A DNA stretch of 64,000 bases from Acidobacteriota bacterium (GTDB lineage Bacteria > Acidobacteriota > CAIWXX01), in NCBI GenBank assembly GCA_040755995.1, contig JBFMAF010000023.1, positions 32,001 to 96,000 of the forward strand, in the 5' to 3' direction. A program made the translations under genes and the position numbers. A model generated the notes under the pieces. That model had not been told where the DNA came from. It did no database searches and saw only the letters and a list, made by a program, of their open reading frames with translations. This document shows positions 47,426 to 58,331 of this stretch, piece by piece. Position 1 is the first letter of the stretch. Each line of letters opens with the position of its first letter.

Positions 47426-48095
47426 TCACTCCCGGCCAGTCACCCATGGCCTATCGATGAATGGGTGCGGGCAGTCGGGCGCCTCGATGACTCGCGCAGT
47501 GCGTATCTGGTGCACCAGTTCAATCGACGGCCGGGCATCCTTGATCCCAAAGCCGTCGCCGGCCAGGGTTCTCTCGTAGACGCGTGTGTGCAGGTCGGTG
47601 AATCCCTCGGTGAACTCGACCTCCTGCCCGTCCACCGTGATCGACCGGTACGTACTGCGCTGCCCCGGCTGCACTGAGAATGGCAGGTCACCGGTCTCGA
47701 GTGAAAGAAACCATCGGACGTTGGCTCGGGCGAGCTCGATGAACCCGGCCATGCGCCGGCGTTCGGTCAGGTGTACCTCAGAGCGTTGCATCGAGCCGAA
47801 AAGCCACATCAGCAGATCGAAGAAATGGATGCCTATGTTCGTGGCGATGCCGCCTGATCGGTCTTCCTGGCCCTTCCACGACACGTCGTACCACCGGCCT
47901 CGGCTAGTGACGTACGTCAGGACTACCTCGCGTCGCGCCGTCCCGGTCTCGCTGTCGAATCGACGTTTCAGCTCCACGAGAGCCGGGTGCAACCGCAGCT
48001 GCAGCAGGGTGTAGACGCGCCGGCCCGACTCGGTCTCGATCTGCTCGAGCGCGTCGAGGTTCCACGGGTTGATCACCAGCGGCTTCTCGCAGTGC
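47426..48095 (-). pseudogene. WbpB/WlbA-like Gfo/Idh/MocA oxidoreductase, 5'-truncated and fused in frame to DUF5615
   Basis: CEKPLVINPWNLD, LQLRLHP, RGRWY..SWKG...SGGIATNIGIHFFD, EFTEGFTDLHT; NAD-binding N-terminus missing. Confidence 0.85.
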
Positions 48096-48340
48096 ACGCC
48101 CTCCTGGTCTGGCCTGAGAAGGAGCACCCCTGCGTGGCTGCCGGGCGGGTGAGCGCGCGCATCGGCCAACCCCTTGTCTGCAGTCACAAGGAATCGCCGC
48201 TCCGACTGGACCCCTTCCCATAGCTGAGCATCCTTCCATCCGCCCATCTTCTCATCAACGACGCGCTCAGCCTGGTGGCCGCGGTCGCAGATCAACTGGG
48301 CCACCGCCCTCGGCAGGTCCTCGTCCACCTTGATGCGCAC
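48096..48340 (-). pseudogene. DUF5615 PIN-like toxin, C-terminally truncated
   Basis: MRIKVDEDLP...L...GH...D...E.RFLVTADK...HAGVLLLR. Confidence 0.75.
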
Positions 48341-48350
48341 GCTTCCGCAG

Positions 48351-48590
48351 TCAGGATGGGAGGGGCATCAGAACTTCCTGATGCACCACTTCCGCGGCAT
48401 ATGCCAGTGCAGCCTGGATGTCCTCGACGGAGAGCTGAGGATATGCAACGAGAATAGCCCCCGCGTTCATTCCATCCGCCAAGCTACCGAGGATGATGGA
48501 CACGGGAATCCTCGTTCCCTTGATGCACGGATCGCCGTGGTGCAATTCCGGATCAATCACCACCCTGCCAGTCCAGCGGGTTCGGTTCAT
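48351..48590 (-). CDS. DUF433 antitoxin
   Basis: DPELHHGDPCIKGTRIPV..IL..LA.G....IL..YP.L..EDI.AAL.YA. Confidence 0.92.
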   Translation of the reverse strand: MNRTRWTGRVVIDPELHHGDPCIKGTRIPVSIILGSLADGMNAGAILVAYPQLSVEDIQAALAYAAEVVHQEVLMPLPS

Positions 48591-48781
48591 GCGTGTCTCC
48601 GTATATACCTCCGGGGTCCCGACCTACGTCCAGATTATACCCCCTTGCAGACCAGTAGCAACAGCCAGCTCGCCGAGAGGCCGAGAAGCCCCGAGAGGAT
48701 GTGCATGAGGGTATCAGGGCGGTGCTCAACGAGTGCGGGTCTCGCGCCAGGGCTTACCTGGGCGACGACGGTCTCGAGCGA

Positions 48782-48973
48782 GGGTCACCTCGTCATCTTC
48801 GACCGCGATCCGAAGAAGAGCTGGGATGCGAAGGTGTTCCAGCGGACGGGGACGTTCGAGGGGAAGACGATTCGGGTGTGGGGAATGTGAAGAGGTGAGA
48901 CTTTAGACGGAAGACGTGAGCTGCTACTCGTTCGCGCGCCTTCCTCCTCCGTCTTCGGTCTCCCGTCTTCCGT
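48782..48973 (+). repeat. ATPase 3' remnant plus element R3
   Basis: GHLVIFDRDPKKSWDAKVFQR...VWGM* followed by AGACG arm, core and CGTCT arm. Confidence 0.88.
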
Positions 48974-48989
48974 GTTCTGTCCGACCCCT

Positions 48990-49530
<541 letters not shown>

Positions 49531-49703
49531 TCACATCTTCTGACTCTCCTGTGAACACAGTATACCATCCGGCAGCCGTCTCCGTATCCACACGCGGTGC
49601 TCGACATTCGGCCGCTGGGTGCGGTTTCTTGGTCACGACGCACATGAAGATGCTCAGAGCCATGCGGCGCCAAGCCCTGGGGTTGAAGGTAAAGGGGGGG
49701 CCG

Positions 49704-49826
49704 CGAGAACGGTCTCGGGCGTGGCCGCGCCGACCTGCTGGTGATCTGGCGGCATCCGGGCGGCGTGCAGAAGACGGTAGTCGAGCTCAAGAGACGTCAG
49801 ACGGAAGAAGTGCGTGAGCTGCTGCT
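49704..49826 (+). repeat. ATPase remnant (GLGRGRADLLVIWRHPGGVQK.VVELK) plus half element R4
   Basis: Near copy of ~55985-56072, then gagacgtcagacggaag...gtgagctgctg. Confidence 0.8.
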
Positions 49827-50321
49827 GACTCTGTACTTTCCATCACATTGGGATCTGGAACGCATCCACGATCGGGGGGCGGATGGAAATCCGGGAGTTG
49901 GTTCTCGAAATGAAGCAATTCGAGCGCAGACTGACCAAGACGGCGTCCTGCCGTTTTCACGCCGCCTGCAACATCAGCTCCCGGAGCCCTGGGATGCCCC
50001 AAAGAGCGTTCGGATCTCCGCCCGAAGACCGTCCACCAGCGGCTCGTTCCAGCCGCTCCGGGCGTCGGCGACCACGTGGCGATCGAGTTCCGAAAGGTCC
50101 CGCAGCGAGCCGAACTTCGACGAACTTGTCAGCCATCACGGCGGGGCCCCAGGTCGAACTTGACACGGCGCCGCCGCTCATCACCCTTCTCCACGAGCGC
50201 GTCGTGGGGCACGTTCTGGATGACGTTCCAGGGCCTACAGAGCCGCCCGCTGGTACGCCACCTGCGACGAGGTCCGAGCAGGACCTTGCTGTCGGGCCGC
50301 ACAAGCCGCTCGAGTCTGCTC

Positions 50322-50422
50322 CTGGGACGCGAAGGTGTTCCAGCGGACGGAGACGTAGGAGGACAAGACGATCCAGGCGTGGGGGATGCGAGACGAGAGA
50401 CGTGAGCTGCTGCCGGCTCGCG
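50322..50422 (+). repeat. ATPase 3' remnant plus half element R5
   Basis: tgggacgcgaaggtgttccagcggacggagacg...gggggatgcga, then gacgagagacgtgagctgctg. Confidence 0.8.
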
Positions 50423-50432
50423 TGCCGTCGGA

Positions 50433-50855
50433 TCACGGAACCACAGGGAATCCCAGGGCCGCCGCGTTGGTCCTCACGCGTGCGTCCAGGCTCAGCACCG
50501 ACAGACCCGGCACGGCGGCGCGAGCCACCAGGGCCGAGACCAGATGGAGCGCGTCCAGAGTCCGAACGGGCTCTTCCGGGAAGGGCTTGCGAGCGCGGTC
50601 CAGGATCGCACTGTCCAGGCCGATGATGGTCCAGCCGGGCACGACGGACGCCAATACCGACCGGCAGTCTGCCGCATCGACTTCCGACATGATCCTCGTC
50701 GCGACAAGTCGCACGAAAACGCGCTCCGCCTCCACTACAGTCAGCGCAGATGTAGTCACCAGGTCGGCATGGGCCAGGACGTTTCGGACGCGCGCGCCGG
50801 CGGGCTCGCCGAGAACCCATGCCAGGAGCGCCGATGTCTCCAGATAAAGAGTCAC
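50433..50855 (-). CDS. VapC-like PIN toxin
   Basis: LYLETSALL...E, SALTVVE, VRTLDALHLVSAL, LSLD; GTGA overlap with the antitoxin stop. Confidence 0.85.
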   Translation of the reverse strand: MTLYLETSALLAWVLGEPAGARVRNVLAHADLVTTSALTVVEAERVFVRLVATRIMSEVDAADCRSVLASVVPGWTIIGLDSAILDRARKPFPEEPVRTLDALHLVSALVARAAVPGLSVLSLDARVRTNAAALGFPVVP

Positions 50856-51145
50856 CGTTCCCCTCGGCTGTCGTCCAGCGCCGCTATCGCGGTGCCGGGA
50901 GGGACCCGCGGCCGCCGGGGCCGGTACTTGGAAGGGTCGTGGTCGGCCCCGAGCACCACAGCCCCCTGCCTTGCCAGCAGCACCAATCCAGGATATGACG
51001 CCGCCTTCGTCGCCGGGAGTCCCGGCCTCCTCAACTCCGCAACGACCTCCCCACGATCCGTTACCAAGATCTCCTCGCCACCCTTGACCAGGCGGAGGTA
51101 CTCGCTGAAACGGCTCTTGATCTCCCGGATGCCCACGGCCTTCAT
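50852..51145 (-). CDS. Phd/YefM antitoxin
   Basis: VGIREIKSRFSEYLRLVKGGEEILVTDRGEVVA. Confidence 0.9.
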   Translation of the reverse strand: MKAVGIREIKSRFSEYLRLVKGGEEILVTDRGEVVAELRRPGLPATKAASYPGLVLLARQGAVVLGADHDPSKYRPRRPRVPPGTAIAALDDSRGER

Positions 51146-51166
51146 GGTCGGTCCTCCTGCGTGAAT

Positions 51167-51195
51167 AATGTAGTCTCAACAGACCATATTGTCAA
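51167..51195 (-). promoter_or_regulatory. Sigma70-type promoter of the phd-vapC operon
   Basis: TTGACA-17 nt-TACATT on the minus strand, followed by RBS aggagg. Confidence 0.75.
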
Positions 51196-51201
51196 ATCGC
51201 G

Positions 51202-51306
51202 AGTGAAGAGGTCAGATGTTAGACGATAGACGGAAGGCGTGAGCTGCCGCGAGCTCCCGCGTCTCCCGTCTTTCGTCTTCCGTCTCCCGTCTTCCGTGCA
51301 TCGTCT
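51202..51306 (+). repeat. Element R6
   Basis: gtgaagagg..gttagacgatagacggaag arm, core, four CGTCT units. Confidence 0.85.
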
Positions 51307-51356
51307 GCCTGAGCGTCCGTCGGTGCATCACGAGCTCGGCGTGCTATAATCGAGAG

Positions 51357-52949
51357 ATGGTGCGATTCTTCAACACTGAGGGGCCAGTGGACAGCCGAAA
51401 GCACTACTGCCTGCCTCCTCTGTCCCGCTTGGATCTTCCCGACGTGCTCTCGCTGATCGAACGCGAGAAGTACTTCGTCCTTCACGCCCCGCGGCAGACG
51501 GGCAAGACGACGTGCCTGCTCGCCTTGATGGAGTACCTCAACCGCGAAGGGCGCTACCGGTGTCTTTATGTCAACTTCGAGGTCGGCCAGTCCGCACGGG
51601 AGGACGTGCGGCGGGGCATCCGTGCGATCATCGGTGAGATCGGCTCACGAGCGAAGCACCAGTTAGAAGATCCCATCCCTCTGGGGATGATCGGCCCGGT
51701 CCTGGATGAATACGGCGAGGACGGCGCGCTCAACGCGCTGCTGACGCAGTGGGCCGAAGCGAGCCCCCGTCCGCTGGTGCTTCTCGTGGATGAGATCGAC
51801 TCGCTGGTCGGTGACACGCTCATAGCGGTCCTCCGGCAGCTTCGTGCCGGCTATGACAAACGCCCGCGGCTGTTCCCGCAGAGTGTCGTGCTGTGCGGTG
51901 TGCGCGACGTGAAGGACTACCCGATTCACTCTGACCGCGAGAAGACGGTGATCACCGGTGGGAGCGCCTTCAACATCAAGGCGGAGTCGCTCCGGCTGGG
52001 CGATTTCAGCCGAGAGGACGTGACGGTGTTGTACCGGCAGCACACCGAGGAGGCCGGACAGATCTTCGAGGACTCGGCAGTGGAGATGGTGTGGGAGCTG
52101 ACTTGCGGTCAGCCATGGCTGGTCAACGCGCTCGGGTACCAGGCATGCTTCAGAGCGGTGGAGGGGCGCACCCGTTCAAAGCCGGTGGATGCGGAGATGA
52201 TCGCCGATGCCAAGGAGAGCCTGATCCTGCGGCGCGTGACACACCTTCACCAGCTCGCCGACAAGCTCAGAGAGGATCGGGTGAGGCGTGTGGTCGAGCC
52301 GATGTTGCGGGGGGGCGACTTCGACCGGCCGCCCACGGCCGATGACCTCGAGTACGTGATCGATCTCGGGTTGGTCCGCCGGGGTCCGGCCGGCCCGGTG
52401 ATCAGCAACCCGATCTACCGCGAGGTGATCCCGCGCGAGCTCACGCAGATCGTACAGTCTAACATCGAGAGCATAGTCACGCCTCTCTGGTACGTCAGCC
52501 CCGACGGCCGCCTGGACATGATGAAGCTCATGGCGGGGTTCCAGGAGTTTTTCCGCGAGAACTCGGAGGCGTGGCTGGAGAGGTTCGACTACAAGGAGGC
52601 GGTGCCGCAGCTACTGCTGCAGGCTTACTTGCAGAGAGTGGTGAACAGTGCTGGGCGGATCGGGCGAGAGTACGGTCTGGGGCGTGGCCGCGCGGATCTG
52701 CTGGTGATGTGGCGGCATCCGGGCGGGGTGCAGAAGGCGGTAGTCGAGCTCAAGATCCTGCGCAAGTCGCTGGAGCGCACGATAGTCGAAGGACTTCGGC
52801 AGACGGCCGAGTACATGGACCGCTGCGGCGTCTCGATCGACGGTCACCTCGTAATCTTCGACCGCGACCCTGCGAAGAGCTGGGACGCGAAGGTGTTCCA
52901 GCGGGCGGAGACGTTCGGGGGGGAGACGATTCAGGTGTGGGGTATGTGA
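51357..52949 (+). CDS. AAA-like ATPase with C-terminal PD-(D/E)XK-like nuclease domain (copy 1)
   Basis: HAPRQTGKTT (Walker A), LLVDEID (Walker B), GQPWLVNAL; C-terminal REYGLGRGRADLLV...VVELK. Confidence 0.88.
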   Translation: MVRFFNTEGPVDSRKHYCLPPLSRLDLPDVLSLIEREKYFVLHAPRQTGKTTCLLALMEYLNREGRYRCLYVNFEVGQSAREDVRRGIRAIIGEIGSRAKHQLEDPIPLGMIGPVLDEYGEDGALNALLTQWAEASPRPLVLLVDEIDSLVGDTLIAVLRQLRAGYDKRPRLFPQSVVLCGVRDVKDYPIHSDREKTVITGGSAFNIKAESLRLGDFSREDVTVLYRQHTEEAGQIFEDSAVEMVWELTCGQPWLVNALGYQACFRAVEGRTRSKPVDAEMIADAKESLILRRVTHLHQLADKLREDRVRRVVEPMLRGGDFDRPPTADDLEYVIDLGLVRRGPAGPVISNPIYREVIPRELTQIVQSNIESIVTPLWYVSPDGRLDMMKLMAGFQEFFRENSEAWLERFDYKEAVPQLLLQAYLQRVVNSAGRIGREYGLGRGRADLLVMWRHPGGVQKAVVELKILRKSLERTIVEGLRQTAEYMDRCGVSIDGHLVIFDRDPAKSWDAKVFQRAETFGGETIQVWGM

Positions 52950-53041
52950 AGAGGTGAGACGTTAGACGATAGACGGAAGACGTGCGCTGCTCCCACCTCG
53001 GGCGTCTCTTCTTTCGTCTGCCGTCTCACGTCTTTCGTCTA
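52946..53041 (+). repeat. Element R7
   Basis: Begins within the ATPase stop codon; full left arm, core and right arm. Confidence 0.88.
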
Positions 53042-53044
53042 CCG

Positions 53045-53585
53045 GCACTCGCCAGGGCTGCAGCGCTCAGTGCCGCCCCGGGGAAGATACGTTGCGTTTC
53101 TCGACGGAGACGACGTGTGACTCCCGGAGAAAACCAAGCTTCAGCTCCAATTCATGGCCGATCGCACCGCGCCCTTCTGCGCGACGAGCTACCGCCGCAT
53201 GACAGAGGGAGGCGAGAAGGCAGGCCGATTGATCCGAGTGCCAGAGAGGATCCGATATGGAGATCTCCTTAAGAACACCTCGATCGCGGCATCGACGGTC
53301 ATGATCGACAGAGCGGTCACCGGGCCCATCCAGACGATCAGCACGTTCCACGACGATTTCGTCCTCTGGCTGAGTCTGCTCAAAAGGGGCCTCGACGGTC
53401 ATGGCCTGAACGAGGACCTCATGCGCCATCGTGTGGTCGCCGGGTCGTACTCGCGCAACAAGCCCATGATGGCCTATCACGTCTGGCGAACGTACAGGGG
53501 GGCGGAACGCCTGGGGTTCGCGTACTCCTGCTGGTAATTCTTGAACTACGCATGGAACGGCTTAAGGAAGTACCGGGCGTTCTGA
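53045..53585 (+). pseudogene. Glycosyltransferase family 2 (TuaG-like) pseudogene
   Basis: RYVAFLDGDDV*LPEK...DDFVLWLSLLK...SRNK...W*FLNYA; 5' missing, stops and frameshift. A related fragment lies at ~46640-46740. Confidence 0.75.
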
Positions 53586-53849
53586 CAGTTCACGGGGTTG
53601 GAGCCGCTCTATCGGATCTCGGCTTTCTGGTGATGCCGCGGAGGAGGTCCAGCAGGCGGAGTCCGCGGTAGGCGATGGCGGCAGGGAGCCAATCTCTCAC
53701 CCGATCGAGCAGCGGAAGCGCGAGTCTCCACTGCACCTGAATCCTGTTGTGTCCCTGGTGCCGGTAGGGTGGGAAGCGAAGGAGATCCAGGTGGCGCTCC
53801 AACCACCGCCTTCTGAGGCGACTGGGTGCGATTGTCTCCAGGACTGACT

Positions 53850-54005
53850 GTGAAGATGTGAGACGTTAGACGATAGACGGAAGACGTGAACTGCTGCCGC
53901 CCGGGGCGCCCACCCTTTTCGTCTTCCGTCTCACGTCTTTCGTCTACCGTTGGACGTGAGCTGCTACTGGCTCGCGCGCCCTCCTCTTCCGTCTCCCGTC
54001 TACGC
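53850..54005 (+). repeat. Element R8 (double)
   Basis: Two cores (gacgtgaactgctg, gacgtgagctgcta) with arms. Confidence 0.85.
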
Positions 54006-54119
54006 GTCAGCTCGGGTGTGCGGGTCTGGTGGGCGAGCTGCATTGACGGGCGATCATCGGCGATGCCGAAGCCACCCCCGGCCAGGGTTGGTTCGTACAC
54101 GCGTGTGTGCAGGTCAGCC

Positions 54120-54550
54120 CGGTGAGCCCTTTGAGCCCTTTCCGTGGTATCACGTAGAAGGTGCCCCTTCCCGTTCTACCTACCTTCAGCAGCACCCGCT
54201 TGGAAACGAGTTCGTCGAGGTCGCGCGTCGCAGTCGGTTTGGAGACACCGAACGCCTCTTGATAGGCCTTGTTGTCAAGGCGCCGTCTCTGCTTCAGCAG
54301 CGCCACCGCCCTCCGCTGGCGATCGTTCAACCCGAGTCTCTCCACTACCGCCTCAGTCAGCCAATCGCGCCACAACGTTACTACGAGCCCTCCGCCGCGC
54401 TGGTCGAAGTCCGGCTCCGGCAGTCCGCGCTCAGTGCACTGCCGGATCATCATCAGGGTTCCAGTGCCGAACTTCTCGATGTAGCGCGCCAGAAAGAGCG
54501 CTTCGCATATCCTCGCATTGCGCGCGACCGAGGCATGCGGCTCGCGCAGG
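54120..54550 (-). pseudogene. C-terminal fragment of HATPase_c_4/HTH (RecG-C-like) regulator
   Basis: PHASVARN..I...L....YIEKFGTG, GLPEPDF, LNDRQ, VSKPTATRDL. Confidence 0.7.
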
Positions 54551-54577
54551 CGGGCGGGCGTACCGCAGCCACCTGGG

Positions 54578-54628
54578 GCGTCTCCCGTCTCTCATGTTTT
54601 CCGTCTCCCGTCTCCCGTCTCGCCTCTA
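54578..54628 (+). repeat. Element R9 (right arm only)
   Basis: cgtctcccgtct...ccgtctcccgtctcccgtct. Confidence 0.7.
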
Positions 54629-54674
54629 AACCTCTAAACGGTGCATCACGAGTCCGGCGTGCTATAATCTCGAA

Positions 54675-56267
54675 ATGGCGCGATTCTTCAACACTGAAGG
54701 GCCCGTAGATGCACGGAAGCACTACTGCCTGCCTGCTCTGTCCCGCCTCGATCTTCCCGACGTGCTCTCGCTGATCGAACGCGAGAAGTACTTCGTCCTT
54801 CACGCCCCGCGGCAGACGGGCAAGACGACATGCATGCTCGCCTTGATGGAGTACCTCAACCGCGAAGGGCGCTATCGTTGCCTCTACGCGAACTTCGAGG
54901 TGGCACAGTCTGCGCGCGAGGACGTGCGCCGGGGCATCCGTGCCATCCTCGGTGAGATTGGCTCGCGAGCGAGGCACACCTTAGGCGATCCCATCCCTCT
55001 GGACGCGATGGGCCCCCTTCTAGACCAATACGGCGAAGATGCTGCGCTCAACGCGTTGTTGACGCAGTGGGCCGAAACCGGCCCCCGCCCGCTGGTGCTT
55101 CTGGTGGACGAGATCGACTCCCTGGTCGGCGACACCCTGATCGCGGTCCTCCGGCAGCTTCGTGCCGGCTACGACAAACGTCCGCGGCTGTTTCCGCAGA
55201 GCGTCGTCCTGTGCGGTGTTCGCGACGTCAAGGAGTACCGCATTCACTCGGACCGCGAAAAGGCAGTCATCACAGGGGGGAGCGCTTTCAACATCAAGGC
55301 CAAGTCGCTGCGCCTTGGGGACTTCAGCCAGGAAGAGATGACAGCGCTCTATCGGCAGCACGCCGAGGAGACGGGGCAGGTGTTCGAGGGTGAGGCAATC
55401 GAGGTTGCCTGGGAACTGACCCGCGGCCAGCCGTGGCTGGTGAACGCCCTCGCTTACGAGGCCTGCTTCGAGATGCCGGGAACTCAAGACCGGTCGAGCC
55501 CCATCACCGGGGCGACGATAGAGGAGGCGAAAGAGCGACTGATCTTGTACCGGGTGACTCACCTCGACCAGCTCGCGGACAAGCTGAGGGAGGATCGCGT
55601 GAGGCGTGTGGTCGAGCCGATGTTGCGGGGGGGCGACTTCGACCGGCCGCCTACCGCTGATGACCTGGAGTATGCGATCGACCTGGGATTGGTACGCCGG
55701 GGTCCGGCCGGCCCGGAGATCAGCAACCCGATTTACCGCGAGGTGATCCCGCGCGAGCTGACGCAGATCGTACAGTCCAACATCGAGAGCATAGTCACGC
55801 CTCTCTGGTACGTCACCGCGGACGGCCGCCTGGACATGATGAAGCTCATGGCGGGGTTCCAGGATTTTTTCCGGGAAAACTCGGAGGCGTGGCTGGAGAG
55901 GTTCGACTACAAGGAGGCGGGGCCGCAGCTACTGCTGCAGGCGTTCTTGCAGAGAGTGGTGAACAGTTCTGGGCGGATCGGGCGAGAGTACGGTCTGGGG
56001 CGTGGCCGCGCGGATCTGCTGGTGATGTGGCGGCATCCGGGCGGGGTGCAGAAGGCGGTAGTCGAGCTCAAGATCCTGCGCAAGTCGCTGAAGCGCACGA
56101 TAGCCGAAGGAGTTCGGCAGACGGCCGAGTACATGGACCGCTGCGGCGTCTCGATCGACGGTCACCTCGTAATCTTCGACCGCGACCCTGCGAAGAGCTG
56201 GGACGCGAAGGTGTTCCAGCGGACGGAGACGTTCGAGGGCAAGACGATTCAGGTGTGGGGAATGTAG
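54675..56267 (+). CDS. AAA-like ATPase with C-terminal PD-(D/E)XK-like nuclease domain (copy 2)
   Basis: 530-aa paralog of 51357-52949. Confidence 0.88.
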   Translation: MARFFNTEGPVDARKHYCLPALSRLDLPDVLSLIEREKYFVLHAPRQTGKTTCMLALMEYLNREGRYRCLYANFEVAQSAREDVRRGIRAILGEIGSRARHTLGDPIPLDAMGPLLDQYGEDAALNALLTQWAETGPRPLVLLVDEIDSLVGDTLIAVLRQLRAGYDKRPRLFPQSVVLCGVRDVKEYRIHSDREKAVITGGSAFNIKAKSLRLGDFSQEEMTALYRQHAEETGQVFEGEAIEVAWELTRGQPWLVNALAYEACFEMPGTQDRSSPITGATIEEAKERLILYRVTHLDQLADKLREDRVRRVVEPMLRGGDFDRPPTADDLEYAIDLGLVRRGPAGPEISNPIYREVIPRELTQIVQSNIESIVTPLWYVTADGRLDMMKLMAGFQDFFRENSEAWLERFDYKEAGPQLLLQAFLQRVVNSSGRIGREYGLGRGRADLLVMWRHPGGVQKAVVELKILRKSLKRTIAEGVRQTAEYMDRCGVSIDGHLVIFDRDPAKSWDAKVFQRTETFEGKTIQVWGM

Positions 56268-56347
56268 GACGGAAGACGATAGACGTTAGACGTGCGCTGC
56301 TACTACCTCGCGCGCCCTCGTCTTCCGTCTCCCGTCTATCGTCTTAC
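56268..56347 (+). repeat. Element R10
   Basis: Between the ATPase stop and the convergent AAA gene; the latter's reading frame ends inside the right arm. Confidence 0.85.
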
Positions 56348-58099
56348 GTGTTCCGCGTGGCACTCCTCGCGGTGCACCAGCTCCCACCCGTGGAAGACGG
56401 CAAGCAGTTTGCGGAGCTTCGTCGCACCGGGTGTAGCCTGCACGAACGGGTCCTGCGCATATTTCGAGAGCTGCTCGGTCGCCTCTCCGATCTTCGCCTC
56501 GAGCAGCTGCCCGTTGAGCTCGCCGCGCCTGAGGTACTTCAGCTCCAACAAGTACGAGTGCCCGATTTCCGGGTATTTGGCTAGGAACGGCTGGAAGTAG
56601 ATGTCGGCGAAGCCCTTGTTCATTTCCACCTCGGAGCGCGTGATGTATATGTCGGTGATGTTGAGCTAGGCGAGGAGGAATGTGCGCAATGCGGTCTCGC
56701 CCTGGATGTAGTCGCGGATGGAAGTCTGTTCGCTCAACGCATTGGCGAGGTAGTCGAGCACGGGTTCCCACTCGCCGGCGAAGGCCATCCGGGAGATCAG
56801 CCTTCCGTACTCGCCGACATCCATCCTGAAGATGTCGACGTCCTCGTAGCCTTCGCGGAGGTACTCGTAGAATAGCGAGCGCACGGTGAGATTGGGAATC
56901 CTCAGGACGGTCTGTCCCCTTTCTCTCCGGCCGATTGTGAGGAGGCCCAGGTAGTATAGCAGCGAGAGGAAGACGTCCGGGTTCAGGAGGCGCTCTGCGG
57001 GGAAGGCCTGCTGGAGTGTGGTGGCGATTTCCTCGCCCTCTGCGATCTCTTTCAGCCGTGAGAAGCTCCCGTTGAGGCGACGGTCGATCATCACCAGGTG
57101 CCGGAGCTTCTCGTAGTCAGTCTTGACGTTGGGATCCACGAGATCCAGAGGCAGCGACCCCGTTCTTACGGCTGTGCCCACGGCATACAGTACCATGTCG
57201 CTGTTGTACACCGTCTGTGCGCCCACAGGGGAGAAGCGGTAGTTCCCGTACCACTCATGCAGCAGTGGCGGGCGATCACCCGTGTCCTCCTTCAGCAACC
57301 CTGCCATGCCATAGTACTCCAGCAGGGTGTCGGTCTCACCCTCTGTGAAGCCGAGCATGCCCGAGAGATCGCCGTCAAGGGTGACGTTCGTGCCGATGTT
57401 GAATCCGCTGGTCACATCATCCATCGTCACCGGCGAGACGCCGGTGATGAAAAGCCTTGCAACGCTAGCGCCTGAGCCTGTCGTTCCCGCCTTCAGGACG
57501 TTGAAGAAGTGCCGGAAGAACCCATGTCCGTGCGTCAGATCGCGGTAGGAGTTCTCACCATAGCTCGAGAGGATCGTGTTGGCGAAGTTGTCGTACTCGT
57601 CGATCAGGACATACAGTCTCTGTCCCGCCTCCTTCACCCTCCTGATGACGTGGGATACCCTTTCGGAGGACCGGCCGGCCGTCTGCAGCTCGTCGAGGGA
57701 GCCCTCCGGCAGAACTGTCGTGTATCTGTTTCGGAAGTACTCGGTCTGTTCCCTGACATGGAACTCGAAGGATTCCTCGACATGGCGGACATCGGGGTTG
57801 ACGCCCGAGAAGTTGAAGCTCAGGATCAGGTAGGTGTTGTGCTCATCGGTCGGATGGTCGTGAATTGAGGTGCCTGAGAAGATCGAGTCGAAATCGTCCG
57901 TGCGTGCCAGGTCGTACTAGCAGTCGAGCACCGACAGCCAGAGCGACTTGCCGAAGCGGCGCGGGCGAAGGAAGAGAAGGTACTTCCCGGCCTGCTCCAG
58001 CAACGGGATGTACCGAGTCTTGTCGACGTAGTAGTAGTTTTCCCGCCGCATGGCGAGGAAGTCCGATATCCCGTACGGTATACGTTTCGGGCTGTTCAT
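56336..58099 (-). pseudogene. AAA-ATPase-like + PD-(D/E)XK nuclease (PF09820/PF08011-type) with two in-frame TAG stops
   Basis: IPYGISDF, YYVDKT, RPRRFGKSL, LIDEYD, FITGV, GFADI...LLELKY in one frame; TAG at 57917-57919 and 56666-56668. Confidence 0.85.
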
Positions 58100-58139
58100 G
58101 CCTCTATTCTACACGCAGCCGATGCAACAAGGAATGCCA

Positions 58140-58331
58140 CGTGACGCATCTCGACCAGCTCGCCGACAAGCTCAAGGAGGACCGCGAAGGTGTTCCAGCG
58201 GGCGGAGACATTCGAGGGCAAGACGATTCAGGTGTGGGGAATGTAAGACGTCAGACAAGAGACGTTTGACGTAAGACGTGAGCTGCTACTACCTCGCGCG
58301 CCTTCGTCTCCCGTCTTCCGTCTCCCGTCTT
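58140..58331 (+). repeat. Internally deleted ATPase remnant plus element R11
   Basis: VTHLDQLADKLKEDR joined to AKVFQR...VWGM*, then arm, core, arm. Confidence 0.85.
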
